Of a DNA stretch of 64,000 bases, positions 39,901-50,668 are shown piece by piece. How positions within the stretch are numbered: position 1 is the stretch's first letter; every line of letters begins with the position of its first letter. The notes under the pieces are model-generated. The model saw only the letters and a program-made list of their open reading frames with translations, was not told the origin of the DNA and did not search any database. The position numbers and the translations under genes are program-made. Source of the DNA: Spirochaetia bacterium (GTDB taxonomy: Bacteria > Spirochaetota > Spirochaetia > DSM-2461); the NCBI GenBank assembly GCA_963666985.2, contig CAXXIA010000001.1, forward strand, positions 1,056,001-1,120,000, in the 5' to 3' direction.

Positions 39901-42900
39901 AATTTCAATCGGCGGTGTGGAGATATCCAAAGGACTAAAATCCTTTTCGGTATCAAAACGATGAACATAAGCGCGATACATCTTGGTAACACCGTCCGTA
40001 TCGAAATACGGGTAATCCGTAAATCCTGTCGGACTGGAGGTGCCCGGAGGTGTTCGAACTTCTCCTGCTTTTTGTGTTGACTCCAACTCTTTCATTCCGG
40101 AAGGAAGAAAGCCTTCACGAACTTCCAGCAGAGCATCGGCACGATAAATAAGGGATCTTTCAAGTCGTGAATACACCGAAAGTCCGGCTTCCGTGATGAA
40201 ATCTCGAACTGTTTCCTCATCATATCCGCCGTTTAGCCGGTAGAGATCGTCAATTTCATTAAAAACATAATAAGGAAAGAGTTCCACATCGGCCCGATAC
40301 CGTTTCAAAGCGGAGATCCACTCAGGATCATCGGAATCAGAAGGGACATACCGTGTCTCATCGCCACATTCCCATTCCACAAGGAGATCAAAACCTCCGT
40401 TTATCGCCGCGTTAAAATCATCGGCTTGCGATGAAGTCCATGGAACCGCCCTGAAGGGAAAGTCTCCGCCTGTCAGACACGAGAAAAGACTCCCTTTTCC
40501 GCTATTCGTATCCGCCGTAGGGACTGCATCCCAAAGTTGCAGCAGCAAATGATGTTTTTCAGCCGATAATGCGGGATTCAACAGGTAACGGCCGCCGCTT
40601 AAAAAATATGCATCCGCGGGGAGTGTCCGTGAAAGAGTTTCCGCCGCAGACTGAAGCGCCGCAAATTCATCAGCCGCAAGTTCATCAATGCCGGTGGGAA
40701 CAATCTCTTCGTCGGCCAGAATCACCGGACGAAGAAGAGTCTCATAAACCTCTTTACTCATTGAAAGAAGCAGGGAATCAGGCTCGTCAAGAATAAATCG
40801 GTGAAGAATGCCGTCCCGTTCGGCTTCAATCCTCAGGGATTCCGTATCCTCGCGAATATCGGTAAGAGGCAATTCACGAACCGCTCCGTTCCGACGCTCT
40901 TCAACAGACATTACACCGTTCTCTTCAACAAGAAAGAAAGAGATCAACCCTCTTCCGTCTTCAGGATTAATTTTTTCCAGAAGGATCTCGCCGTTCGGGC
41001 CGCACTCGCCAAGATTCAAATCTTCACGTGAAGAAGGCCTGCGTGCCTCAATGAAAACCTCCGGGCCCGTCTCCACAGACTCAGCGGGATTATCATCGAT
41101 ACGGGCCAACAGAACCGGATTTTCACGATGAGGCAAAGAATATGAAGCCATGGCCGAACGCTCATTGGCATGAACTTCAGAACGAATCCATTCACTCAGA
41201 TAGTCGGTGCCGCCGGAGGCCGTACGGTGGTAGCACCCTGTAGCAGGATCGTAAAACCATGCCAGAGCTTGGTTGATCACAGCCCTATTTTTCTTTTCTT
41301 CCGCATCGGGTTCCTGAAATGTCAGCTTCCTAACGTATGAGGAAAAGGATTTATACTGATTGGCCGTCAGCCTCCGAGGCTCCAGATATCCTTCCGAAAC
41401 GAGAATCCGAATATGATTTTCATTGATTATCTCTTTCCAGTTTTCCATGAGTCCGGAATAATTGATTTCCTGATAATCGGAGAGCTTTTCCGTAAGAGAA
41501 GGATCAGGTTCGTATAAATCATCTAAACCGAGAGACGGAACCATCGTTTCCCTCATTTTCAAAGGAGGCGCAATCTCGGCGGAATCGCCCATATCTTCAA
41601 ACAGTTTTATCGCACCGTAACGGATATCAACATTCCACAGAACCGGATCATTCAAAACATCATCTCCGGCATCCAAATGGAAATACACGGCATCCCGCCG
41701 ATTCACTTCCACTTCAACAGGCTTATTTCGTACATCCGCTGCGGCACCGCAGACTATGAATAAGGATTCGGGACGACTTCCGTCCGGCAGCAGAATCTTT
41801 GCTTCCGCCCCGTCGTTACTCCCGGCCGCAGAGGCCTCATATTCCAGTTTGTCAGAGATATACACCGTACCGCTTCTCCAGGCCCGCCACTCCCGAAGCG
41901 GTTCCTCGCAATAGTAATTTCTCTTCAGATCTTCTATTTCCGCCGGACTGAAATTCTCATTGAGACTGAAGCCTTCACCTGTAGCCGTATCTTGAGGTAA
42001 AACCCAACTGATGTTCCCTTTTCCATCGTTAAGACCGAATTTTGGATTTCCCTTTTCTATGAAATCCAAATATCCGTCGCCATTGATGTCGGTCGGTGTT
42101 CGCTTCCCTTCACTCCATCCCCACTGCCGGGTATAGCCTCCGCTGACGGGTCCAATTCCCGCCGATAATCCGAAAGAGGCTTCGGTTTCCCCGCCGGATG
42201 AATAATGCCCGTTCAGTCCGTACAAATAAGCCGTTCTTCCGGAGAAACCCGTTCCAGAACCGCTGTTGAGTACTCCGATCATGTCGTCTCCGGACCGCCA
42301 TGCCAAATCGGGCAAACCGTCCCCGTTTAAATCGGTCAAATCGGAATAAATCGCGTTTGAGCCGCCGCCGCCGCTCCCCCTCAAACCGATACTGAGAATC
42401 TTCTTCTTCCAGAATAAAATAGGGATATAAATCTCCAAGCCCGTATACAAACCCATGGAAGATCCGGTATTTACCGAATAATTCAGCCCTGAATAGTCAG
42501 GTTCGGTTCCTCCGTAACTCCAGAGGGTGTCCTCTTCAAAGCCCATGTAGCCGTCTTCTTCCGAGGCCGGCTCATGGTATTGAAAGTCATAACCGTAAAA
42601 GAGTTCCCCGGACGGTCCCGCTTCCTCATAGCGGCGCAGTACGGTTCGCCCGAAAGGATCCACCTTGTAGAGGAAACGATAGGAACGCACAAGCGCCGTC
42701 GTATCGGAGACTCCATAAGCAGCTCCGTTTAAAACCGAGCCGTCGTTATTTGTTCTTATCTCCAAAGCATCCAGACGACGGGAGTCGATTATCGGAAACT
42801 TCCCCCGTGATTCGATGCGAACATCCGGCCGCAGACGAATATTTTCACCGGTATCGGCAATCCCAAGCCGCCCGCTTTCTTCCGTTCCGATACAATGTCC

Positions 42901-44160
42901 GATTTGATCATAAAGAAAATCGACCCGAACCGTCCCGTCTCCAAACGCATTCTCACCGTCCCGTCCCGAATACGCCACGGCTTTCAGATAAAGATTCCGA
43001 TCTTCCTCATCGTATTCCCAGTCATAATCGACGCTGTTTCCATTCGCATCGATAATCCTTCGCAGCCGCCAGATGTAAACACCTTGATCTTTACCGGATT
43101 TCACGGAACCTTCAGTACGTCCCGGGCCAAGCCAAGCCCCTTCATCTCCGTAAATGCGAACCGTCCCGTTCCGCTCACTGATCTCCCACCAATCACCTTC
43201 ATCGGCAAACCATCGAATCCTCGCCAGCCGACCTTCCTTGCGCAGAATATAAACTCGTGCCTCACCCGACTCACCCATATAGGTGAGTTCCTCTCCGTCA
43301 AGAACATATGTATCTTCTTTATCGTATTCGGGAAGTCCGAAACGTGTATCGATCCGCACCGAAGATGTGCCGATGTCGAATCCCAGACCCATCAGTCCGT
43401 TCCCGCCGCCGCTATTATAAGAAAGCGCCAAAGGCGGCGTAGCGCCTCCGCGTCCTGGAAGAAGACGAAACGGTATACGAAATGTCGCCGATCCCTGTTC
43501 ACTCGGCTCAAGGCCTTCGAGAGAAGGAATCTCCGTATTCGCAAGGACCGCCTCCAAAGACTTGATGGAATTCAAATCAAAATCGATGGGAGATGGCGCC
43601 TCGGGAAGTGCCAAAGTGTTGTTCACCATGTCGGTAAAATGCGTTGTTCGACTTGTAATGGTATTCTCTTCCTTGTTGATCCCCTGACGCGGCAGACGAA
43701 CCCACCGTCCCAAATCAGTGTCGAGGAAAGACGTGTAGAGATCATCCAAAACCGTTTCATCATCATTCAGGGAAGGATCGTACGGCAGGGTTACCAAAAC
43801 CTCTTTGGAAAACTTCAATCCTTTCGGTTCAAAGCGGTAGCCCTTCGCGCCGATGGTAACGTTTTGTCGTCCGTCCGAAAGAGCGGCCACCCGGAAAAGA
43901 GCCGATATCGTAATCATCACAGTCTTATCAACCGCTCCCGGCGGAACCTGTAGACGAACCGAGCCCGCTTCCAGAACACCGCCTTCTTCGGGAGTAACGG
44001 GAGCCGATACTATTATTCTCGATTCACTCCTTGTTTTCTCCACCAAAGCGGACGAGAGGGGCACCGTATCTTCATTATTCGAAGGAAGGGCGTATGCAAC
44101 CGGTGCAAATAGAAGCGTTTGAACAAGAACAACGGATAAAAGACGCTTCCAATATTTCAT
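33950..44160 (-). CDS. giant SpvB/TcaC-type RHS/YD-repeat polymorphic toxin (~3,400 aa after correcting five +1 frameshifts at 38539-39266)
   Basis: Signal peptide; ZU5-like domain; SpvB (PGRGGATPPLALSYNSGGGNG); DxNGDGLPD repeats; YD repeats; RHS core FTGKEWDEETGLYYYGARYY...NPVRYIDPTG; ~200-aa variable tip. Confidence 0.88.
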
Positions 44161-44822
44161 GGCAGCCGGTACCTTATGGTTACCGGGAAGTCCGGAAAAT
44201 CTTCATGCGGAGACACCACGGCGAGAAATCCTTGAGTTCCTCCGCTGTGGTAAGGCTCTTCATCGTCAACAAACCGATAAACGTCTATGTCATTGATCAG
44301 CAAGGTAAAAACGCCATTGGCCTCCCGTTCGACGGTCAGTTTGTTTTCCCGGCCGTATTCTTGTTCAATCGCATCATTCGGCAGCCAGTTCTCGAAAGGC
44401 CGGTAGTCGGTTCCAAGAACCTCCGCGACTTGAAAATATCCGTCGCAGCGGATCATTACCGTCAGCATGGTTTCTCTCTCTTCCCCGTCTTCGCCGCATT
44501 CACGGCTCCCATGGCAAAGAATCATCCCGTACCCGGCATAGCGTTCACCGCCGTCTTTGGTAGCGATCAGACTCCAGCGTTCAAAAGGTTCCTGAGAATC
44601 TTCGGCCGGATACCAGAAGCTCTTTCCATACGGAAGCGCGTTTGTTGTGTCGTTGGTGGAAAAAATCCATTCATTCACCAAACCGGTAGGTCGGAACAAT
44701 TCCGTCGAAACCTCCACGCCGCCTTCGCCGGTTCCGCCGCTCCATCCTCCGGGCTGCCAATCCAAATTACAGGAGGCTAAGAAAACAGAACAAAAGACTA
44801 TGGATATAACGAGGCCTTTCAT
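44157..44822 (-). CDS. lipoprotein, predicted beta-sandwich (lectin/DUF1080-like)
   Basis: Lipobox VFLASC; beta-rich pattern GYGMIL...NKLTVER...FTLLIND; stop overlaps the toxin ATG. Confidence 0.7.
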   Translation of the reverse strand: MKGLVISIVFCSVFLASCNLDWQPGGWSGGTGEGGVEVSTELFRPTGLVNEWIFSTNDTTNALPYGKSFWYPAEDSQEPFERWSLIATKDGGERYAGYGMILCHGSRECGEDGEERETMLTVMIRCDGYFQVAEVLGTDYRPFENWLPNDAIEQEYGRENKLTVEREANGVFTLLINDIDVYRFVDDEEPYHSGGTQGFLAVVSPHEDFPDFPVTIRYRLP

Positions 44823-44825
44823 AAC

Positions 44826-45614
44826 TCACACTCCTCCCCGGGAGAGAGAAGTAAACGAATGAATCTTCAGCACGTAGACCTTAAGAGCGCCCCCGACCAA
44901 TGAATAATCGGTAAAGAACTGCTGATCGTTCGGAGAAATACGAAAGCGAAGGTCCTTTGCCGCAAGAGTATTGTTGGCAAGAACGATGGTATCTCCGTTG
45001 TCAATGTGGTCGCGTGATTCATTCTCAAGATAAAGATCCATATGTGTCGGACCCGATCCGAGAAAATCCTGCTGGATAAAAATAATATTTGCCTGCATCT
45101 TCGGAGGAACGGTCATTACATACCAATCCGCGTCTTCAACCGTTTCACCCGAATACGCGGCGTAAAAGAAGATGTTGGCGGTGATATCGGTTGAAAGTTC
45201 TGTTGCTTCCTCCCGTCCGTCGTTCGGTTCATATTCGTCCCGCCGAACATCGCTCCCCACGCCCAGGACCGCATCGGAAGGACCGAAATGGCGCGTTCCC
45301 CGGACATTCCCCAGGGTGTATAAATACTGAGCGCCGCCTTCAACGCCCGTATCGGTGTATTCCCGGGCGCTTCCTCGATAGACGATTTCGTAATCGGCCG
45401 TAAGATTATCGGGTTTGCGATACAGGATGAACTCATCGGTTCCCTCATCCTCTTTCCATCTTACAGAAATGGTATTCTCCGTAATAAAGGATGAAACTTC
45501 AGGTTTCCTTACTACCGGTTCGTCGAGGCTCCGTGACATATCGGGAAGCAGTCCGGCGCCGCAGGAACTAAAAATGACGATGGAAAACGTAAAAAAAACG
45601 ATACGGGACTTCAT
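44826..45614 (-). CDS. lipoprotein with an FN3-like domain and a DxYEPND/PPC-like domain
   Basis: Lipobox VIFSSC; ISVRW...FILYR...YTDTG...YLY; DEYEPND...DADWY. Confidence 0.75.
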   Translation of the reverse strand: MKSRIVFFTFSIVIFSSCGAGLLPDMSRSLDEPVVRKPEVSSFITENTISVRWKEDEGTDEFILYRKPDNLTADYEIVYRGSAREYTDTGVEGGAQYLYTLGNVRGTRHFGPSDAVLGVGSDVRRDEYEPNDGREEATELSTDITANIFFYAAYSGETVEDADWYVMTVPPKMQANIIFIQQDFLGSGPTHMDLYLENESRDHIDNGDTIVLANNTLAAKDLRFRISPNDQQFFTDYSLVGGALKVYVLKIHSFTSLSRGGV

Positions 45615-46627
45615 GGAATCTCCTTTTTCCCCGGAATGGAGAACTCGTAAAAAAGAGCGGGACGGATTTGTATCCGAACGGGAGAATAGAAGATCATCCC
45701 GCAGCCGGCGCTCAGGCCGAGTGAAGAAGAATCGTTAATTCGAAAAATGTAGGAGAGTGAAAGCGACAGGCCGCCCGCCGCCGAAACGGCGGTCCGATTC
45801 CCGGTGTAAAGACGATTCTGAACGATCATATCCAGATACAGCAAAGGTGCACCCGTTAATCGAATCTGATGTCTTCGTCTCCACTCCGCACAGATATCTA
45901 TGGGGAATTTCAGCAGCAGGCCCTGAAAGAAAAACTCCTCATGCCCCGGTCGCCGCATGCCTGTTTCATAACCAAGATTCAAGCCGAAACGGAGAAAAAG
46001 GTCCCAGGAGCCGCTGTATAGAATCGGCCGAATCGGCGTCAGAGATCCTCCCAATTCCAGGGAACACAAACCTGTTAGCGCATCATTCCAGCTTCCGGCG
46101 CAGGACCACCATCCAAGATCAATACTAAAATCCCATGCGGCATGTTCTTTCGCTCGAATCGTCACCGGCGCCGCAAGATTCAATTCTTCCGAAAAATAAA
46201 CATAGAGTTTCTTCGCCAGATCTTCGATAAGGCGATCCGTTCTGGCCGATTCATCACGTCCGAAGAGCGCTTTAACAACGGTCCCTTTTTCAGCGTCAAA
46301 AACACGAATCACACCATCGGCGATGTCGGATGAACTCCGAATCGCTCCGTATACCAAAAGATCAAGCCCATAGATTCCGCACCAATCCGCCGCATCAAGG
46401 ATGGAACGCGGTGCATCCGGGGCATCGATTTTTCCAATAATAAAGACACCGAACGAAGAACCCGATCCCAATGCGTTCACGGTATCGGCGACGGTTTGAG
46501 AAAAAACCGAACCATCCTCCGATCCTTCAACCGCCATCGGCGCGATGCCGATCTGAAGCCCCGCAAGTTCCGAAACCGTAAATACGATACCGATTACCCA
46601 AACGACAGAAGAAAGAAGAACTTTCAT
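45611..46627 (-). CDS. exported protein: periplasmic alpha/beta (TolB_N/CsgG-like) domain plus predicted small outer-membrane beta-barrel
   Basis: Signal peptide; GLDLLVYGAI...IRVFDAEKG...LIEDLAKKL; C-terminal half has alternating hydrophobic strands ending ALFYEF. Confidence 0.6.
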   Translation of the reverse strand: MKVLLSSVVWVIGIVFTVSELAGLQIGIAPMAVEGSEDGSVFSQTVADTVNALGSGSSFGVFIIGKIDAPDAPRSILDAADWCGIYGLDLLVYGAIRSSSDIADGVIRVFDAEKGTVVKALFGRDESARTDRLIEDLAKKLYVYFSEELNLAAPVTIRAKEHAAWDFSIDLGWWSCAGSWNDALTGLCSLELGGSLTPIRPILYSGSWDLFLRFGLNLGYETGMRRPGHEEFFFQGLLLKFPIDICAEWRRRHQIRLTGAPLLYLDMIVQNRLYTGNRTAVSAAGGLSLSLSYIFRINDSSSLGLSAGCGMIFYSPVRIQIRPALFYEFSIPGKKEIP

Positions 46628-47898
46628 CGTTTTCTTTCCAATCTTTCGCTTGCTCGAATTTCAATCGTCCTTAAACGCTCTACGTTTTCGAGAGACAGTC
46701 CTTTTCGAGTATATTCAAGAGATTTTTCCGGTTCATTCAGCCGCAGATATTCTTCGGCGATATCCGCGCACCGGGAAACAACGTTGTCAATATCATCCTG
46801 TGTATGAAGTTCGGTAATCGTGATTGATCGATTCCAGGCATCTATGGCCCGTTTCCCTTCACCAAGGCTCTGATAAGCGCGGCCAATTTTTTCATGCAAT
46901 GCCGGAGAACTTCGAATCCCTGCGGATTTTGTCCAATAAACTAACGCCGCTTCATACATCTCATCTTCAAATTCCAGGCACCCCAGTCCGTTCAGAGAAA
47001 CCAAATTCCGCGGATTTCTTTTTAACGATTCGAGATAGGCACGTTCGGCATCATCATATTTTCCGAGTTCATAAAAAGCGTTCCCGAGGAGAGAGGGCGG
47101 TGCATCATCATCCGGCCGTAATTCCGATACCGTTCTTAACAGGGCTGCGGCATTCTCCGGATTACCATATTGAAGGTTTAATCGCCCCAAATCCCACGTT
47201 AATTCGACATCGTCGGGATCGATCTTCAGTAAGGTCGTTCCGAGAACAATCGCCTCTTCGGAATCCCCCGTTTCCAAAGCCATGTCGTAGGCCAATTGAA
47301 GAGCTTCATCACTGAAAGGATTTTTTTCCAGCGCGGCGTACACCCCTCGGCGAATTTCAGTGGAATCCGCAATGGGTAATGGAGAGGCCTTGAGCGCTTT
47401 TGCATAATTCAAAGGATAAAGAGCGGGCTCAGGGTCCCGTTCCCAAGATGCTTTAAAATAGGCGGCGGCATCTTCATAACGGCCGTCTTTGAACGCCTCG
47501 CCTCCCAAACGATCATATTCTGCGGCTAACGCGGAACTCTCCGAGGATTCAAACCGAGGTTCCATCCCCGAAAGAAGTGCCTGTAAAGAAACAACTTCTT
47601 CGATTATTCCTTCCGTTTTTCTTAAGATCTCAACACTTAAGATTGTTTCATCAATTCGTTTCTCAAGCCGGTCGCAATCTTCCCCGAAGGCAAATTCCAT
47701 CTGCGTCAAACGGCCGCTTATAGAATTCGAACACATTTTCAGGGAGCCGATTTCCGCCATGACATCATCATGCAAAGAACTTAAATCGCCGCGCCGCATC
47801 AGAGCGGTTAAGAAAATCACCGCCGCCAACAGAAGGAGAGAGATCGGAATTAGACCGTTCAAAATTCGTTTTACGGATGATTTACCGAATAAGGGCAT
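46624..47898 (-). CDS. membrane-anchored coiled-coil/TPR protein
   Basis: One N-terminal TM, a heptad-rich segment, many TPRs (LGNAFYELGKYDDAERAYLESLKRNP); ATG 47898 after GGGGG. Confidence 0.85.
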   Translation of the reverse strand: MPLFGKSSVKRILNGLIPISLLLLAAVIFLTALMRRGDLSSLHDDVMAEIGSLKMCSNSISGRLTQMEFAFGEDCDRLEKRIDETILSVEILRKTEGIIEEVVSLQALLSGMEPRFESSESSALAAEYDRLGGEAFKDGRYEDAAAYFKASWERDPEPALYPLNYAKALKASPLPIADSTEIRRGVYAALEKNPFSDEALQLAYDMALETGDSEEAIVLGTTLLKIDPDDVELTWDLGRLNLQYGNPENAAALLRTVSELRPDDDAPPSLLGNAFYELGKYDDAERAYLESLKRNPRNLVSLNGLGCLEFEDEMYEAALVYWTKSAGIRSSPALHEKIGRAYQSLGEGKRAIDAWNRSITITELHTQDDIDNVVSRCADIAEEYLRLNEPEKSLEYTRKGLSLENVERLRTIEIRASERLERKR

Positions 47899-48148
47899 AG
47901 TTCCCCCGCTGTTCGAAGAATCTTCCGGCGCAAGGATAAAATCGCCGATGAGCGAAATCATCCGAAACCGCCGTTATTGTTCTATTACTGCGGATTCTTC
48001 AAATCCCTTGAGGCCGCCGTTGCAAAGGTTCGAATCGGCGGGCCGGGAACGTCTTCGGCAAAGGTTCGGAAACCGAAGTTTTCTCTTTACATAGGCACTT
48101 CGTTCGAGACTATAATGACTCCAGGCTCCCGCCCCGGAGAAAACAGCT

Positions 48149-48892
48149 TTGAGATTCATCACTACATTTCTATTTATCGCTGCCGCAATCCTGACGTTTA
48201 ATTCCTGCGCCACTCAAACGGACGAAGTGCCTAAAACGGTTCGGGAATTCTTGGATTCCTATAACTGGCGCATGGAAATCTTTCGAAAAAGCGATGTCAG
48301 CGACCTAACAGATTTTCAATTTCATGAACGGTGGTATCTTCTCGACGGAAATCTTGAGGAAGTCTGGTCTTTATACACGGAGATCAGTCCGGCGGCACAA
48401 TGGAACGGACCCATCGCGCATTTCGGGCTTCTTTACGATCCGAATACTTCCGCGATTCTCACGCCCGCGAACCGGGACTTTCCGCCGATTGAAGTTGGTA
48501 ATATTCTTTTTCTGGATCTCTTGATTGAAGAAATTCTGCATGTTACGACTTCGTTTCAAATTTCCCGCTTGGATAATCAGACGAAAACCATCGAGTTTAC
48601 TTATCTTGAACAAAACACATCCCACGGCTGCCAGGAACTGAAGTTTTATCCTGCGGAAGGAGGAACTCGAACGCTGATCCGCCATCGATCTCATTTTAAA
48701 AGCGAGTCACCTCTTCGCGACGCCCTTTTCTACCGCCCCTACCATAATCAGACCGTGGACGAATTCCATTGGACCGTGGCCAAACAATCCGGAATGAATC
48801 TCGATGTCATGCGCCTCCGTGAAATAAAAAAGAAAGGGCTGCTCCCCTCGGAACAGCCCCTTGAATCTATAATAACTACCGTCTCTTACTGA
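48149..48892 (+). CDS. hypothetical lipoprotein
   Basis: TTG start; lipobox LTFNSC; 247-aa ORF. Confidence 0.7.
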   Translation: MRFITTFLFIAAAILTFNSCATQTDEVPKTVREFLDSYNWRMEIFRKSDVSDLTDFQFHERWYLLDGNLEEVWSLYTEISPAAQWNGPIAHFGLLYDPNTSAILTPANRDFPPIEVGNILFLDLLIEEILHVTTSFQISRLDNQTKTIEFTYLEQNTSHGCQELKFYPAEGGTRTLIRHRSHFKSESPLRDALFYRPYHNQTVDEFHWTVAKQSGMNLDVMRLREIKKKGLLPSEQPLESIITTVSY

Positions 48893-48893
48893 A

Positions 48894-50261
48894 TTATAGA
48901 TGGATTCTTATAACAACATCTCCGCCGATAGGAACATCGCCGAGGCTGTCCGCCTTAACGGCCTGATCTTCAACTTTCAATTCTCCATAGAGTTCCAGGA
49001 ATAAAAGATCCAAACCGACGCCGGCGCTCAGGTAATGGTTAAAATACTGTCCGCGCAGTTTTAAGAAATCAAAGAACGTGAATCCCACTCCTACCCGCAT
49101 ATGCTCCAGCGAACGATACATGGCGGCTTTAAAATCATCCCCTTCATCGGCGATATCGCGTCCGTAACCAATCAGATTGTATAAATCAACGCTGAACTGA
49201 GGCTCGACAAAACGCCAATCCGGATGCCAGGTAATACCCGCGTCGACATCCATTGTGAATTTATAGCCGAAATCGTTCATCAGGTAGGCTCCCTCATCAA
49301 GAAGCCCGAGGAGACCCGCGGCGGTTCGGGGCGTATCGGCTTCAGTCCAGCCGATTACATCGTTGAAAACCACACCTATACCGAGTGAAGGCGCCGGCCT
49401 CCAGATGGCTCCCAAGTCCACGCCCCATGAATAACCGTAATTAATGCTTCCGTCGATCAACGTGTTAAAGTCTTCAAAGGCGATATCGGATGCCTGCATT
49501 AAAAGTCCGTAATTCGCCGAAACACCAAAGGCCAGCTTTCCGTCCAGAACGGTAAAACCTCCGCCCGCGATTACACCCAGTTCGTTGTAGATGGTCTTCA
49601 GGCCGTATGTCGTTGAGGAGGGGTCTATATAAGCGACTCCCATGGCCTGATCGTAGATTCCCATTCCCCATCCCTTGATGAGAAATCCGGTCTTAAACCC
49701 GGCCAGGGCGGTCATATCCACCTCACCGACGGTTGAATCCAAAGCGGAATAAAAATCGGTGTTCGTTCCGTCCATGATTCCTTCAACCTGAGTTTCAATC
49801 GCCGCTATATCGGTGGAATCAAGAGCCTCCGCCGCGGCTTGAACGGCGGACGGATCGCTCCAGTCGATGGTATCGGGATCCAAATCCGTTCCGTCGAAAA
49901 GTGAATTAAGCAGATCGTCATTAATCACATTGCTGTCATAAAGGTCCGAAAGCGTCGTGCCGACATCGGCGAGACTTTCTTCCGTCAGTCCCTCGGTAGA
50001 CGCCATGGCCGTGGCCATGTCTTTCAGACTCATTATGAGCTTAACGTCGTTCGTCGTGGTTCGTGCTCCGAAACTGACACTCAGCTCGGAACCCGTTTGG
50101 CCGGCCGCACCCGCGGGATTTACGAACAGAGAACCGAACCCTCCGAAATCTCCCACAAAGGGATCCGTGGCTTTCTTCTCATCCTCAAAGAAAGTACCGC
50201 CGAAGAGTATCGCGGAGAGAGTCGTAAACAATATTGAAATAATTATGATTTTCTTAGTCAC
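48894..50261 (-). CDS. outer-membrane beta-barrel protein, TraF_2/FadL-like, with an acidic helical insert
   Basis: Signal peptide; SLFVNPAG plug motif; WGVDLGAIW, PSLGIGVVFND, YLSAGVGLDL strands; GTG 50261 after GGGAGG. Confidence 0.65.
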   Translation of the reverse strand: MTKKIIIISILFTTLSAILFGGTFFEDEKKATDPFVGDFGGFGSLFVNPAGAAGQTGSELSVSFGARTTTNDVKLIMSLKDMATAMASTEGLTEESLADVGTTLSDLYDSNVINDDLLNSLFDGTDLDPDTIDWSDPSAVQAAAEALDSTDIAAIETQVEGIMDGTNTDFYSALDSTVGEVDMTALAGFKTGFLIKGWGMGIYDQAMGVAYIDPSSTTYGLKTIYNELGVIAGGGFTVLDGKLAFGVSANYGLLMQASDIAFEDFNTLIDGSINYGYSWGVDLGAIWRPAPSLGIGVVFNDVIGWTEADTPRTAAGLLGLLDEGAYLMNDFGYKFTMDVDAGITWHPDWRFVEPQFSVDLYNLIGYGRDIADEGDDFKAAMYRSLEHMRVGVGFTFFDFLKLRGQYFNHYLSAGVGLDLLFLELYGELKVEDQAVKADSLGDVPIGGDVVIRIHL

Positions 50262-50668
50262 GATTGTACCTCCCGACCGGATAAAACCGATCAACAGCGC
50301 CGTCTAAGCGGCAAAAAAAGCTCAACATTTCATGTCAATGGTACTTTTCGTAATAAGACTTCTTAAATAATCCAAAATATGGTTATTTAAATGTAACACG
50401 TACCACGGATCAGTTCAAAGCTTTTTTTACGTTCAAGGGTCTATTATACCGCTCAATTTTCTTATTCATCGGCGCTTAGTTCAATAATAACGATGATTTA
50501 TTCGATCGAGTCATGGGAAATGTCTATGGTGTTTATCAGTTATTGTTTTTATGAAGATCTTATGAAGATGCTTTTTAGGTGAAAAATCATGCCTTCGGGC
50601 TTAAAAACTCCGCCTGCGAAAATAATCCGGACTGGAATCAACGGGTACTCGAAGACTATGGTTGAAGC

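Noticed and set aside
42895..43953. Long antisense ORFs (352 aa here; also 2093-2920, 17074-17997, 34526-35311, 60783-61712)
   Set aside because: These are shadow frames opposite well-supported genes and carry no recognisable motifs.
33950..44160. Classical insecticidal Tc toxin complex or T6SS effector
   Set aside because: No TcA, VgrG, PAAR or Hcp gene is in the window, and the protein has its own signal peptide and a downstream immunity-like gene.
48894..50261. Conjugative element, suggested by the TraF-like motif
   Set aside because: No other tra/T4SS, relaxase or integrase genes are present; the motif is shared by unrelated outer-membrane barrels.
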